64,000 bases of DNA from Hydrurus foetidus (lineage: Eukaryota): NCBI GenBank assembly GCA_900617105.1, contig UYFQ01000001.1:2542001-2606000 (forward strand), read 5' to 3'. The translations under genes were made by a program, and so were the position numbers. Below, one piece after another: positions 41,044 through 50,752 of this stretch. The notes below the pieces were generated by a model. It did no database searches and was not told the DNA's origin. It worked only from the letters and a program-made list of their open reading frames with translations. How positions within the stretch are numbered: position 1 is the stretch's first letter; each line of letters opens with the position of its first letter.

Positions 41044-41397
41044 TCAGTACTGTGTCACCACCGTCGACAGCTGCAAAATAGGCAAGCCGTTGTCATTGAC
41101 TTTGGCGTCGACCCGCCTGAACAGCGGATTGGGCGTAGGCCGCACCGCAATCGTCACCTGTAGCGAGCGACCAGATTGCTCGCACACTACGCTGCTATCG
41201 CCCACGCTGGGCGGCTGCCGTAACAGGCGAATTTTGACCAGCTCATTTTCAGCGCACAGCTGGGCCAGCAGCGAGTCAGCCTGGCGCGCGCCGTTGTTCG
41301 TCAAGGCTCCAATAGCCTGCGTGCCGGCCGCCAGCGCCACTGCCACGATGCTCAAGGCCACCAGCACCTCAATCAGGGTGAAGCCGCGGCTTTTCAT
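41044..41397 (-). CDS. gspI: Type II secretion minor pseudopilin I
   Basis: RGFTLIEVLVAL, TPNPLFRRVD. Confidence 0.9.
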   Translation of the reverse strand: MKSRGFTLIEVLVALSIVAVALAAGTQAIGALTNNGARQADSLLAQLCAENELVKIRLLRQPPSVGDSSVVCEQSGRSLQVTIAVRPTPNPLFRRVDAKVNDNGLPILQLSTVVTQY

Positions 41398-41873
41398 GGG
41401 GCGGCAGCGCCAGCAAGAGCGCGTTTGGGCTGCACGGCAAACGGCCTGAGACCGTCTGTGGCAATCACTACAGAATTGACAGGGTTATCAGCCGCTGCGC
41501 TGGTGTCCGTTAATTCGACAGCCTGCGCGCCAATCATCGGCTCTGGCCCCAGCACCAGGCGGGGCGTACCCACTGCACGGGTGGAGTCAGACAACCACCG
41601 CTCCGGCAATGCAGCACCACTGCTGGCGCCGTCAAATTTAAAGCCAGCGGCTGCGGGTTGCCAGCGAACAGCAACCCCAGTTGCGCGTGACTGGGCTCTG
41701 GCGGACTCCAGCAGCACAGCTAACCTTTGCGCGTCGCGTTCAAGCGCGGTTTGCGTGCCGTCGCGCAGCGCCAGCGCCACTCCGGCTGAAGCCGCAGCCA
41801 CAATTGTCACGACCACCAAAAGCTCCAGCAGGGTAAAGCCACCTGCTTTGCGGCGCTGGTGCGTTGGCGTCAT
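41394..41873 (-). CDS. gspH: Type II secretion minor pseudopilin H
   Basis: GFTLLELLVV, RDAQRLAVLLESARAQSR. Confidence 0.88.
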   Translation of the reverse strand: MTPTHQRRKAGGFTLLELLVVVTIVAAASAGVALALRDGTQTALERDAQRLAVLLESARAQSRATGVAVRWQPAAAGFKFDGASSGAALPERWLSDSTRAVGTPRLVLGPEPMIGAQAVELTDTSAAADNPVNSVVIATDGLRPFAVQPKRALAGAAAP

Positions 41874-41929
41874 GCCCGGGTCACCTTGAACAGCCCAAAA
41901 AGCGCAGCGCAAAACCGCGCAAGCGCCGC

Positions 41930-42370
41930 TTACTGCCAGGTACCCACATCTGCATTTTTGCCTTCGCCGCCAGCAGCACCGTCTGCGCCGAAAGACATCA
42001 CGTCGAACTCACCTTTGATGCCCGGCAGCAGGTATTGGTAAGGCCGGTTCCACGGATCGTTGGGGAGCTTTTCAAGGTAAGGCTTCCAGTTGGGCGGAAT
42101 AGGCCCCGTGGTGGGTTTGACCAACAAAGCATTCAGCCCCTGCTCAGGCGTTGGCAAGCGTTGGTTGTCCAGCTTGTATAACTTGAGGGCCTGCATCAGG
42201 TTGTTGGCGTCGGTTCGGGCGGCCATGACGCGCGCGTCATCGGCACGGTCAAGTACGTTGGGCACGATCAATGCGGCCAGCACACCAATAATGACCAGCA
42301 CCACCATCAGTTCTATCAAGGTAAAGCCGCGCTGAATCTGCCGACCAACAAAAAACTTAAAAGAAGTCAT
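41930..42370 (-). CDS. gspG: Type II secretion major pseudopilin G
   Basis: QRGFTLIELMVV, YKLDN, LPNDPW, SFGADG. Confidence 0.95.
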   Translation of the reverse strand: MTSFKFFVGRQIQRGFTLIELMVVLVIIGVLAALIVPNVLDRADDARVMAARTDANNLMQALKLYKLDNQRLPTPEQGLNALLVKPTTGPIPPNWKPYLEKLPNDPWNRPYQYLLPGIKGEFDVMSFGADGAAGGEGKNADVGTWQ

Positions 42371-42423
42371 GAACATACAGGCCGTAGGCGAATAATTGGG
42401 ATGACTTCCATCATAATGCGGCG

Positions 42424-42867
42424 ATGCCAAGACCCACAGAGAGCCGACTCGTTTTACACGTTGCAACATTTTGCACGTGGCTGTTGGTCGCTGGCAGCGC
42501 CACCTATTGGGTGCTGCATACGACTAAGAGGCGAGGACCCGAAAATGCGTCGGCGGCGCCCATGGTCAAAGTCGAGCTGGCAGACCCAGCAGGCTTGGCA
42601 CGAATCCTCGGCGCCACCGCGCCACAAGCCGCAATACCTGTCAGCGCCAGCAACCGCTTTTCTCTTAAAGGTGTAGTGTCTGGCGCGCTGGGAAAAGAAG
42701 CTGCGTTGATTGTGATTGACGACAAACCGGCAAGGGCTTTTCGCGTAGGCACCGCCATAGAAGACGGCTTGATATTGCAGTCAGCAACGGCACGTCAAGT
42801 GACGCTGTCAGCCACGCCGAATGGTCCGGCGTTAATGACGCTGGACATGCCGCCGCTGGTCAAATAA
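42424..42867 (+). CDS. Short GspC-like type II secretion protein (divergent)
   Basis: N-terminal TM, RFSLKGVVS, AALIVIDDKPARAFRVG; divergent from gspG. Confidence 0.7.
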   Translation: MPRPTESRLVLHVATFCTWLLVAGSATYWVLHTTKRRGPENASAAPMVKVELADPAGLARILGATAPQAAIPVSASNRFSLKGVVSGALGKEAALIVIDDKPARAFRVGTAIEDGLILQSATARQVTLSATPNGPALMTLDMPPLVK

Positions 42868-42891
42868 ACCGGCAGCCGCAAAGCCAATGAT

Positions 42892-44880
42892 TCAGGCTTT
42901 TTCCAGCAGCGCATTCACCCGCTTGACATACGCCGCAGGGTCAGCCGGCATGCCGCCTTCGGCCAGCAAGGCCTGGTCAAAAATGATGTGGGCCAGGTCA
43001 TCAAAATTCTTTGAGTCCACCAGCTTTTTAACCAGCGGATGTTCGGCGTTGACTTCCAGAATCGGTTTGACCTCAGGTACTGCCTGACCAGCCTGCTTCA
43101 ACATGCGTGCCAGCTGGGTCGACATATCTCCGTCTTGCACGACCAGGCAGGCGGGTGAGTCGACCAGGCGGCTGGTGGCGCGCACGTCGCTAGCTTTGTC
43201 TTTTAACGCTTCTTTCAATTTATCCAGTGTGGGTTTGAACTCGGTTTGCGCGAGTTCTGCGGCCTTCTTTTCGCCCTCGTCTTGCAGCTTGCCCAAATCA
43301 ACCGCGCCCTTGGCAACCGACTGCAGCGGCGTGCCGTCAAACTCGTGCAGATAGTTCAGTGCCCACTCGTCCACACGGTCGGCCATCAGCAAAACTTCAA
43401 TGCCTTTTTTGCGGAAGATCTCCAGCTGCGGGCTGCTTTTGGCAGCGGCCAGCGTGTCGGCGGTGATGTAGTAAATCGCGTCTTGACCTTCTTTCATACG
43501 CGCTTTGTAGTCGGCAAAACTGACGGTTGCGGTGTCGGTTGTGCTCGACGCAAAACGCAGCAGTTTGGCGATTCGGTCACGGTTGGCAAAGTCTTCGCCC
43601 AAGCCTTCTTTGAGTACCGCTCCAAACTCGGCGTAGAAGGTGTCGAATTTGCCGACCTGCGCTTCGTCGTCGTCGCTCACCACATCCGTTACGCCGTCGG
43701 CTGACGGGGCGGGCAGCGTGTTGTGCTTTGCCAAGTCTTCAATCATGCCCAGCACGCGCTTGGTGCACCCTTCACGAATGGCTTTGACGGCACGGCTTTC
43801 TTGCAGCAGCTCACGTGACACGTTCAATGGCAAATCGGCTGAATCGACCACGCCTTTAACAAAGCGCAAATACACCGGCATCAGGGCCTGCGCATCGTCC
43901 ATGATGAAGACTCGTTTGACATACAACTTGACGCCAGCGGCCTTGTCGCGGTTGAACATGTCCATCGGCGCTTTACTGGGGATGAACAGCAGCTGCGTGT
44001 ATTCGGTCGCGCCTTCAACCCGGTTGTGGGTAGTGGCCAGCGGCGCGTTTTGGTCGTAGCTGATTTGTTTGTAAAACTCGTCGTACTGGTCTTGGGTGAT
44101 GTCTTTTTTGGCACGCGTCCACAGCGCCGCGGCCTGGTTGACGGTTTCCCATTCACCCGTTTTGGCCATGCCGCCCGGCTGCCTGCCGCCTTCTGGGTCG
44201 GTGCTGGAAATCAGTTCGCCATCTTTCCACTCTTCTTTTTCCATCAGGATGGGAAGGGAGATGTGGTCAGAGTATTTATTGATGACGCCTTTGAGTTTGT
44301 AGGCGTTCAAGTAATCTTGTGCGTCGTCTTTCAGGTGCAGCGTGATGGAGGTACCACGCTCGGCGCGGTCAATTTGCGCGACTTCAAACTCTCCCGTACC
44401 TTCGCTGGACCAACGCACGCCCTGTGCAGCTGGCAAACCAGCACGGCGGCTTTCAACCGTGATGCGGTCGGCCACGATAAAGCCCGAGTAAAAACCCACG
44501 CCAAACTGGCCAATCAGTTGCGCGTCATTTTTCTGGTCGCCCGACAAGCTGGCCATGAAGTCGCGCGTGCCGCTTTTGGCAATCGTGCCCAGATTGTTGA
44601 TGGCTTCTTGCTCTGACAGGCCAATACCGTTGTCGGTGATCGTCAGCGTTTTGGCATTCTTGTCAAAGCTGATGCGCACTTTCAGTTCAGGATCAGATTC
44701 GAGCAGCGCGGCGTCGTTGAGCGATTCAAACCTCAGCTTGTCGCAGGCGTCCGAAGCGTTGGACACCAGCTCGCGCAAGAAAATTTCTGGATTTGAATAC
44801 AACGAATGCGTGACCAGCTTGAGCAGCTGGGCAACTTCAGCCTGAAAGGCCATGGTTTGTGAGTCATTGATTTTGGTCAT
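42892..44880 (-). CDS. htpG: Chaperone HtpG (Hsp90)
   Basis: [37 protein letters not shown]. Confidence 0.97.
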   Translation of the reverse strand: MTKINDSQTMAFQAEVAQLLKLVTHSLYSNPEIFLRELVSNASDACDKLRFESLNDAALLESDPELKVRISFDKNAKTLTITDNGIGLSEQEAINNLGTIAKSGTRDFMASLSGDQKNDAQLIGQFGVGFYSGFIVADRITVESRRAGLPAAQGVRWSSEGTGEFEVAQIDRAERGTSITLHLKDDAQDYLNAYKLKGVINKYSDHISLPILMEKEEWKDGELISSTDPEGGRQPGGMAKTGEWETVNQAAALWTRAKKDITQDQYDEFYKQISYDQNAPLATTHNRVEGATEYTQLLFIPSKAPMDMFNRDKAAGVKLYVKRVFIMDDAQALMPVYLRFVKGVVDSADLPLNVSRELLQESRAVKAIREGCTKRVLGMIEDLAKHNTLPAPSADGVTDVVSDDDEAQVGKFDTFYAEFGAVLKEGLGEDFANRDRIAKLLRFASSTTDTATVSFADYKARMKEGQDAIYYITADTLAAAKSSPQLEIFRKKGIEVLLMADRVDEWALNYLHEFDGTPLQSVAKGAVDLGKLQDEGEKKAAELAQTEFKPTLDKLKEALKDKASDVRATSRLVDSPACLVVQDGDMSTQLARMLKQAGQAVPEVKPILEVNAEHPLVKKLVDSKNFDDLAHIIFDQALLAEGGMPADPAAYVKRVNALLEKA

Positions 44881-45028
44881 AAAGAAAAAAGATGGTTTTT
44901 TGAATGAAATCGTGACCTGAACAGGCCGCTGCGTACTAATCGGTGATTTTATGTGCGGCTAGAGCAACACTAATTCAAGAGCAATTGACCGTTCATCGCC
45001 GCAAAGAACCGCTCGTCATTCGGGCGCG

Positions 45029-45044
45029 TGTCAATAATGTGACA
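45029..45044. promoter_or_regulatory. Palindrome TGTCA-N6-TGACA between htpG and the fibre locus
   Basis: tgtca-ataatg-tgaca; Crp/Fnr-type spacing. Confidence 0.4.
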
Positions 45045-45191
45045 AATGCCGCAACACCTTAAGAAATTACGCTAACTCATTGATTTTGTAAAATATTTCC
45101 GTTGCGTAGTGAACCAACAAAAGCTAACATACGTTTACTTACACACAAGCCATGCGGACTTATTCTTCTGCATAATCTCGGAAAGCTGACC

Positions 45192-45797
45192 ATGAAAAAA
45201 CTTGCCCCTATAACTGCGCTGATCGCAATTTTCGCTGTGCCCCACGTCGCGCAAGCAGAATCCACAGTCGTAACGACTGGAAATGCCACGGCGCGCTTGG
45301 ACTTTCGCGTCATCATTCCACGTGTTCTGTTTTTGGCGGTTGGCTCAGGTGCGTCCGGTACGGCGCTGACGGCGAACGGCGCGATCGACCAGGTCACGTT
45401 CGACTACACGACCAATTCAGGTTCAGTTGGCTCTGGCGCTGTTGCTGGAGTGATAACCGGTAACGTCGTGCCAGTGCGTGTGGTGGGCAACAACGGCCTC
45501 GTGGCGCTCACCGCCACCACAACAGGCGCGTTAACCAACGGTATCGCAACAGAAGTCATCCCATGGTCTGAGATCACCGTTGTTAGCGACCAGGCAGCAA
45601 CGCTTCCTAGCCCAGTTATTCCTTTGACGGGTCTAGGGGCAGGCTCAAATGTGACGCTCAGTTCGGGCACCAAAGTAACTAACCGCACTGCCAACTGGAC
45701 ATACAGTTACGCTAATAGCGCCGTAGTGCCTGCTGGCACCTATGGTGCAACGGTAGCCAATAATGGCCGGATTACTTACACGGCATCAATGCCATAA
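45192..45797 (+). CDS. Secreted beta-rich protein, putative major fibre subunit
   Basis: Signal peptide ending AQA; T/G/A/V/N-rich; C-terminal PAGTY...GRITYTASMP. Confidence 0.65.
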   Translation: MKKLAPITALIAIFAVPHVAQAESTVVTTGNATARLDFRVIIPRVLFLAVGSGASGTALTANGAIDQVTFDYTTNSGSVGSGAVAGVITGNVVPVRVVGNNGLVALTATTTGALTNGIATEVIPWSEITVVSDQAATLPSPVIPLTGLGAGSNVTLSSGTKVTNRTANWTYSYANSAVVPAGTYGATVANNGRITYTASMP

Positions 45798-45926
45798 ACA
45801 TCGCATAGATTTCAGGTCAATGCACACACTGACACATTGTTTGACGAATCACAAAACCTGGTCCGTTAGATAATGTTCAGTGATGCAAAACTTTTCAGGC
45901 AGATTTAAAGTTTCAGGGGGCATTTG

Positions 45927-46553
45927 ATGCGCCTCAAAAGTATTGCTTGCGTCCTCAGCGCTTATTTGCTGACAGCCCCCTTTTTAGCTGCACCGGCTCA
46001 TGCGTATGTGGTCGGTATTGCTGCTGGTACGCGCTCTTTGTATCTGCAAGTCGGTGCCGGAACTATTACCGGCGGCACTGTCGGCGGCGGCGGAACACCT
46101 GCCAATAACGTTACCATTAATTCTGTGGCGGTAACAGTGCCCGCTGCGAATGTGGGCGGTGGGCCTCGTCCCATGACCACAGACAGCACGGTAACGAACA
46201 GTTCATTTGATAATTTTGTTTTTTGCTCCGTGCCAACGCAAGTCTATGTAGGTGGCTTTTTCAGGGGCCCGGGCAGTGCGAGCCTAGCAACCCTGAGCAG
46301 TACGTCACCGTTTAACCTCACGAGCGGAGCCGACGCTATTCCTTTTAGTTCTATCTCGTGGGTTTCAGGGGGAAACTCTGATCCGGTAGCTACTATTCCC
46401 AGCGGGACATTTAATGGTTCCACTCAAACTCTTTACACCGCTACGCAAAACACGTGGTTTGAAAGCTGCCTGTCATTTGTTTACGCCAACAGCGCCGCAG
46501 TGCCTGCTGGTACGTTTTCTGGTCGGGTGATTTACACCTTGAGTGCGCCGTGA
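45927..46553 (+). CDS. Secreted paralogue, putative minor fibre subunit
   Basis: Signal peptide ending AHA; IPFSSISW and YANSAAVPAGTFSGRVIYTLSAP match the previous gene. Confidence 0.65.
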   Translation: MRLKSIACVLSAYLLTAPFLAAPAHAYVVGIAAGTRSLYLQVGAGTITGGTVGGGGTPANNVTINSVAVTVPAANVGGGPRPMTTDSTVTNSSFDNFVFCSVPTQVYVGGFFRGPGSASLATLSSTSPFNLTSGADAIPFSSISWVSGGNSDPVATIPSGTFNGSTQTLYTATQNTWFESCLSFVYANSAAVPAGTFSGRVIYTLSAP

Positions 46554-47062
46554 AAGCTATTTGCCAGCTGCCGCCGCATGATTTGAAGCCAAGTTTGGTT
46601 AAATATGTTGTGTCTTGGATTTTTGCGGTTTTGGCCCTTGGCGCGTGTTTTGCTGGCAGTGCCGCTACATTTCGTGTGGACGACCGCGGCACTACTGTCA
46701 GCACGCCTCTTGCGCCTATGCGCTGGCGGGCGCTGGTGCCGGGCCGTGGTGCCGACAATACCGCTGAAGGGCTGGTTCAGGTTAATTTGCGACTTGACTT
46801 AAAACAGTGGCTCAACAAACCAGTGCGCTTGTACATGGCACTTGCGCCAGCCCCGCTGGCGCCGGTTGTACGCGCCACTTGGCGCACCCAGGGCAAGCTA
46901 CTTGCAGGAACGGTGCTGTCGGGACAACGGGCCATCGTGTTTGAAGGCTTGATAGCTGACGGCACATTGTTAGAAACATTACAACTTCAACTAGCTGCAG
47001 ACGGCCGAGAACTGACAGCGCCACAGTCTTTGCAATTTTCTTTTGAAATTGAGCTGCTATGA
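46550..47062 (+). CDS. Hypothetical exported protein of the fibre locus
   Basis: Signal-like N-terminus; GTGA/ATGA overlaps with both neighbours. Confidence 0.6.
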   Translation: MKAICQLPPHDLKPSLVKYVVSWIFAVLALGACFAGSAATFRVDDRGTTVSTPLAPMRWRALVPGRGADNTAEGLVQVNLRLDLKQWLNKPVRLYMALAPAPLAPVVRATWRTQGKLLAGTVLSGQRAIVFEGLIADGTLLETLQLQLAADGRELTAPQSLQFSFEIELL

Positions 47063-47874
47063 ACGCTTTTTACCGCCAGCTTTGCGTTTGCGTTTGCGCC
47101 GTTATAGCCGTCCAAATGTCGACGGGCGCCACTCAAGCCGCTGGTTTTGCGGTTTCCGTTTCGCCTCCGAGGTTTGAGCTTGAAGTTAAACCGGCAGAAA
47201 AAAGTCGCCAAATCATCGAAATTACCAACGCAGCTAATCAGGCCAGCAGTTTCAAAATCAAAACCGCTGACTGGAGTCTGGCAAACGATGGCTCGGTCAT
47301 TTTTCAGGACGAACTCACGCCGCAAAGTTGCAGGCCTTGGGTCGTGCTTGAAAGGCTTCAGCTTGTAGTACCCGCCAACCGCCCTTACCGGTTTCGCTTT
47401 GAAGTGTCACCTCCACCTGGCACACCGCCTGTTGAATGTCGCTTCGCCATATTGATTGAAGGCGAAGACCAGACCGCTAAAACCGGCTCTTTGGCCATAC
47501 CTTACAGCGGCCGTTTTGGCGTCATCGTGTATGTAGCTGTTGGCGATGTAGCACCTAAAATTGAACTGCTTGGGGGCGTAGTGCAGACTATTAATGGCAA
47601 ACCATCGGCGGTGTTCAAAGTCAAAAACAGCGGCTCAGCACACGGGCGTTTGGAAGGTTTTATGACCGGCGTTGATGCACTGGGCAAGCCGCTAGAGTTT
47701 GCACCACTGCCGTTACCAATTCTGCCGGGCAATCAGGCAGACATACCCCTGGTCGCCACGCGTCCGGGCGACCCGGACAACGCCGTTGAGGTGCAGTTTC
47801 CAGTAACAGTCAAAGGAAAGCTGGAATGGGGTAGTGGTCAATCGCAACTTGTAGACCTGCGCTTTTCAAAATGA
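47059..47874 (+). CDS. Periplasmic two-Ig-domain chaperone-like protein (PapD/DUF916-like)
   Basis: VSPPRFEL, IEITN, FRFEV, second domain VKNSGSAHGRL...ILPG. Confidence 0.65.
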   Translation: MNAFYRQLCVCVCAVIAVQMSTGATQAAGFAVSVSPPRFELEVKPAEKSRQIIEITNAANQASSFKIKTADWSLANDGSVIFQDELTPQSCRPWVVLERLQLVVPANRPYRFRFEVSPPPGTPPVECRFAILIEGEDQTAKTGSLAIPYSGRFGVIVYVAVGDVAPKIELLGGVVQTINGKPSAVFKVKNSGSAHGRLEGFMTGVDALGKPLEFAPLPLPILPGNQADIPLVATRPGDPDNAVEVQFPVTVKGKLEWGSGQSQLVDLRFSK

Positions 47875-49967
47875 GCAAGCCGAGGAGAGTGCCAAGACAG
47901 CGGTCATGGCACCCGTCCCAGGCAATAAGCGCCAAGCTGCTGGGTGTCGTCACACTGCTTATATGCAGCGCAGCGAAATCGCAGGAATATTTGCCATCAG
48001 CAAGCCAGCCTGTTGCGACTGCCAACGGCTATGTTGACCGAGTCATGGACACCACGCCAGCTGAGAACGAGGCAATGCAGCTCAAGCTTGACACGTTTGA
48101 AGCAGGTGGCTGGCCACGCGGCTGGCGTATTGAAGGTGGCACGGGGGTGCAGAGCGGCTTGAGCCGCACGCAAAACAATTCAATTGCCATCAGCGGTTTT
48201 CTCGAAACGCCTGACTACGGCATTTTTTCAGTTAACGCCAACAACGTAAGTGCCGTTGAAACAGCGCCCGGCAACGTATCACGCAGCAATGCAGGCACCA
48301 CGTGGCGTATTGACCAGCGTGGGCTGGCTTTAAACGGGGGCTGGGTCGCGAACCACAGCATCGGCAACGTCGGCGCAACAGGTGTGCCGTTATCACGAGG
48401 CTTGTCACGCACCAGCCTGCCAATCACGCCTATTCGCGGCGCAGCAGGGCAATGGTCGCTGGGCGACGCTGTGGATCTCAACGCATCAATGGGTGAAGTC
48501 GGCGCATTCGCCGGCTTTGATCTCAGCGGCTTCAGGCCAACTGGCGCTCAGGTAGCTTCGGCAGGCGTGCAGCTGCGCTTAAACGGTCAGCCGGCGAGCG
48601 CAGACCGGACTTACGCAGCCGTTCAATTCATTGATGTGCGCCAATCCGCAACCGATCTCCAAGTGGGCGGCAAGCAAAACACCCAAGGCATTTACGCGGC
48701 AGCATCGTTTGAAGGTCGCTTGCCTTGGGCTGACGACACCAAGCGTGGGCCGTCTACACAAGAGCCCTCGGAACGCATCGGTGGTTTTCGACTTCAAAGC
48801 AATTTTTTACACAGCACCCAAGCAGATGGTGGTCAGGCCAGCGGGGTGTGGGCAGATGCCCAATGGCGAACGGATCAATGGCGTCAAACCGCCGGGGTGT
48901 TTCGCTTTGACCCCTTGCTTCGCTGGGGCGAAGCGCTGCTTGCATCGAATCTGCAAGGCATTTACTGGCGGGCAGACACCGCCACCCGGCAATGGCAATT
49001 TAGCGGCACCGGCGAGCTCAGCAACGCAGTCACCCATAGCAACGCTGCGAGTGCATTTTTTAGCGGCAACGTCCGTTACCGAATAAATAGTCGTGACACG
49101 CTGAACACCACCATCAACCTGCGCATGCTGACCAACCCTGCCAGCTCCGTCAATTTCAACTGGAGTCAACAAAATGCGATTGGGCAAACTCAATTGCTAA
49201 GTGAAGTGGCCAACTTTAACGAGCGGCGCACGGTGCGTTTTGGTGGCGAACAATCACTGAACCTGAGTGCGCCGTCCACACTCTCAGCATCACTTGTGTG
49301 GGAGCGAACAACCGGCAATTTGGCAGCACCAGTTCAGGGCTGGACTTGGGGGCTTTTGGGGAGTTTATCGCTTGCCAGTGGCTTGTTGCTGGACGGCTCA
49401 TTGCGCGGCTCCCGGCGAAGCGACGGCACCAACGCCATAGACGCGAACGTAGCGCTTTCATGGCAGTTTTCGCCGGGCTGGAGCACCGCACTGCGATACG
49501 CCGAGTCACGCGGCCAACAGGTGCAGACGAATTTACTTGCATCAGCGCTGACAACTGCTTTGCTACCGCCAACCGTGGTGACCACACCGTTTCGCAGCGT
49601 GCTGCTGACACTGCGCTACGAGGGTCGCGCCGGCTCAAGTATCAGGCCCGTTGGCGGTGCCGTTGGTGAAGGTGCGGGCGATATCAGCGGAACGGTGTTT
49701 TTTGACACTGACAACAGCGGCAGGCGTGATGCCTCCGAGGGTGGCGTTCCCGGAGTCACCGTTACGCTTGACCGGCGGTATGTAACGCGCACTGACGCAC
49801 AAGGCCGCTACACGTTTTCCTATGTTGCTGCAAAAAGCCACCTGATCGAGGTGTCTGCCGACAATGTTCCCCTACCGTGGAGCCCGCTGCTTCGAGAGCC
49901 AGTGTCGGTTGATGTCATGGTACGCACAGTCACCGTCCAGGACTTTGCCCTCCAGCGAGAGCGCTAA
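47871..49967 (+). CDS. Putative outer-membrane usher-like protein with C-terminal SdrD-B-like domain
   Basis: Signal peptide, amphipathic aromatic-ended strands, ISGTVFFDTDNSGRRDASEGGVPGVTVTLD...TDAQGRYTF. Confidence 0.6.
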   Translation: MSKPRRVPRQRSWHPSQAISAKLLGVVTLLICSAAKSQEYLPSASQPVATANGYVDRVMDTTPAENEAMQLKLDTFEAGGWPRGWRIEGGTGVQSGLSRTQNNSIAISGFLETPDYGIFSVNANNVSAVETAPGNVSRSNAGTTWRIDQRGLALNGGWVANHSIGNVGATGVPLSRGLSRTSLPITPIRGAAGQWSLGDAVDLNASMGEVGAFAGFDLSGFRPTGAQVASAGVQLRLNGQPASADRTYAAVQFIDVRQSATDLQVGGKQNTQGIYAAASFEGRLPWADDTKRGPSTQEPSERIGGFRLQSNFLHSTQADGGQASGVWADAQWRTDQWRQTAGVFRFDPLLRWGEALLASNLQGIYWRADTATRQWQFSGTGELSNAVTHSNAASAFFSGNVRYRINSRDTLNTTINLRMLTNPASSVNFNWSQQNAIGQTQLLSEVANFNERRTVRFGGEQSLNLSAPSTLSASLVWERTTGNLAAPVQGWTWGLLGSLSLASGLLLDGSLRGSRRSDGTNAIDANVALSWQFSPGWSTALRYAESRGQQVQTNLLASALTTALLPPTVVTTPFRSVLLTLRYEGRAGSSIRPVGGAVGEGAGDISGTVFFDTDNSGRRDASEGGVPGVTVTLDRRYVTRTDAQGRYTFSYVAAKSHLIEVSADNVPLPWSPLLREPVSVDVMVRTVTVQDFALQRER

Positions 49968-50164
49968 AACTGCCTTTGCGAGGCCGCCTGACTGAGCGTG
50001 CCCTCAGTTTCAAAAAAATAAAAATAATGTAAAAGTGCTAATTAATTTGTCTATTTTTGATTTAATGATAAAAATAATAAAAATTTAATTAATTGATATA
50101 TTTACTATTTTTATCAATTTAACTACTATTAAGGATCCGAACAAAAAAATACCTCACCGCTGCA

Positions 50165-50737
50165 ATGCAAGCCTCACCTGCAAGCCTTATGTATGTCAAC
50201 CCAAAAGTCTGTGGGAAGGGAAGGAGCACGGCAAGGCGGCTTACTCGGCTTGTACTTTTATTGTTTGCTGCAAACGTTTGCCTGCTCGCATTACCGCCCT
50301 TAGCGCGGGCTGACGAAACCTTGCAGCCGGCTGGCAAATCCAACTCAGTCGATGCTGCCTTGACTTTTGCCATCGTGATTCCGTCAGTTTTGCGCGTTCT
50401 GGAAAACACACATCCGGAAGTGCTTGAGTCATTTGGTCCGTCGAATTCACTCGTTTCCGCACTGCAGCGCATGGTGCTGATTTCCACTTTGGGCAAGGGC
50501 TTCTGCATGGACCTGCGACTGACCCACCAGCAAGTGGCGAACTGGAACCTCACCAGCAGCGGCAGCAGCGCCGGTGTCCGGGTTGAAGCGACCGAGGGCG
50601 GCTATCGACTTTGTGCGAGAAAGGCGGGGCGCTTTGAAGTTCTTTTGCAACACAACTTTGAATTTACCGGGAACGCTAGCTTGACGCCGACGTACAGCAC
50701 GCATTGGCCTGTTAACCTCAGCCTGACAAACCAATGA
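50165..50737 (+). CDS. Exported protein, distant paralogue of the fibre subunit
   Basis: Signal peptide ending ARA; AALTFAIVIPSVL resembles ARLDFRVIIPRVL of 45192-45797. Confidence 0.55.
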   Translation: MQASPASLMYVNPKVCGKGRSTARRLTRLVLLLFAANVCLLALPPLARADETLQPAGKSNSVDAALTFAIVIPSVLRVLENTHPEVLESFGPSNSLVSALQRMVLISTLGKGFCMDLRLTHQQVANWNLTSSGSSAGVRVEATEGGYRLCARKAGRFEVLLQHNFEFTGNASLTPTYSTHWPVNLSLTNQ

Positions 50738-50752
50738 GGCAGCCTGACTGCG

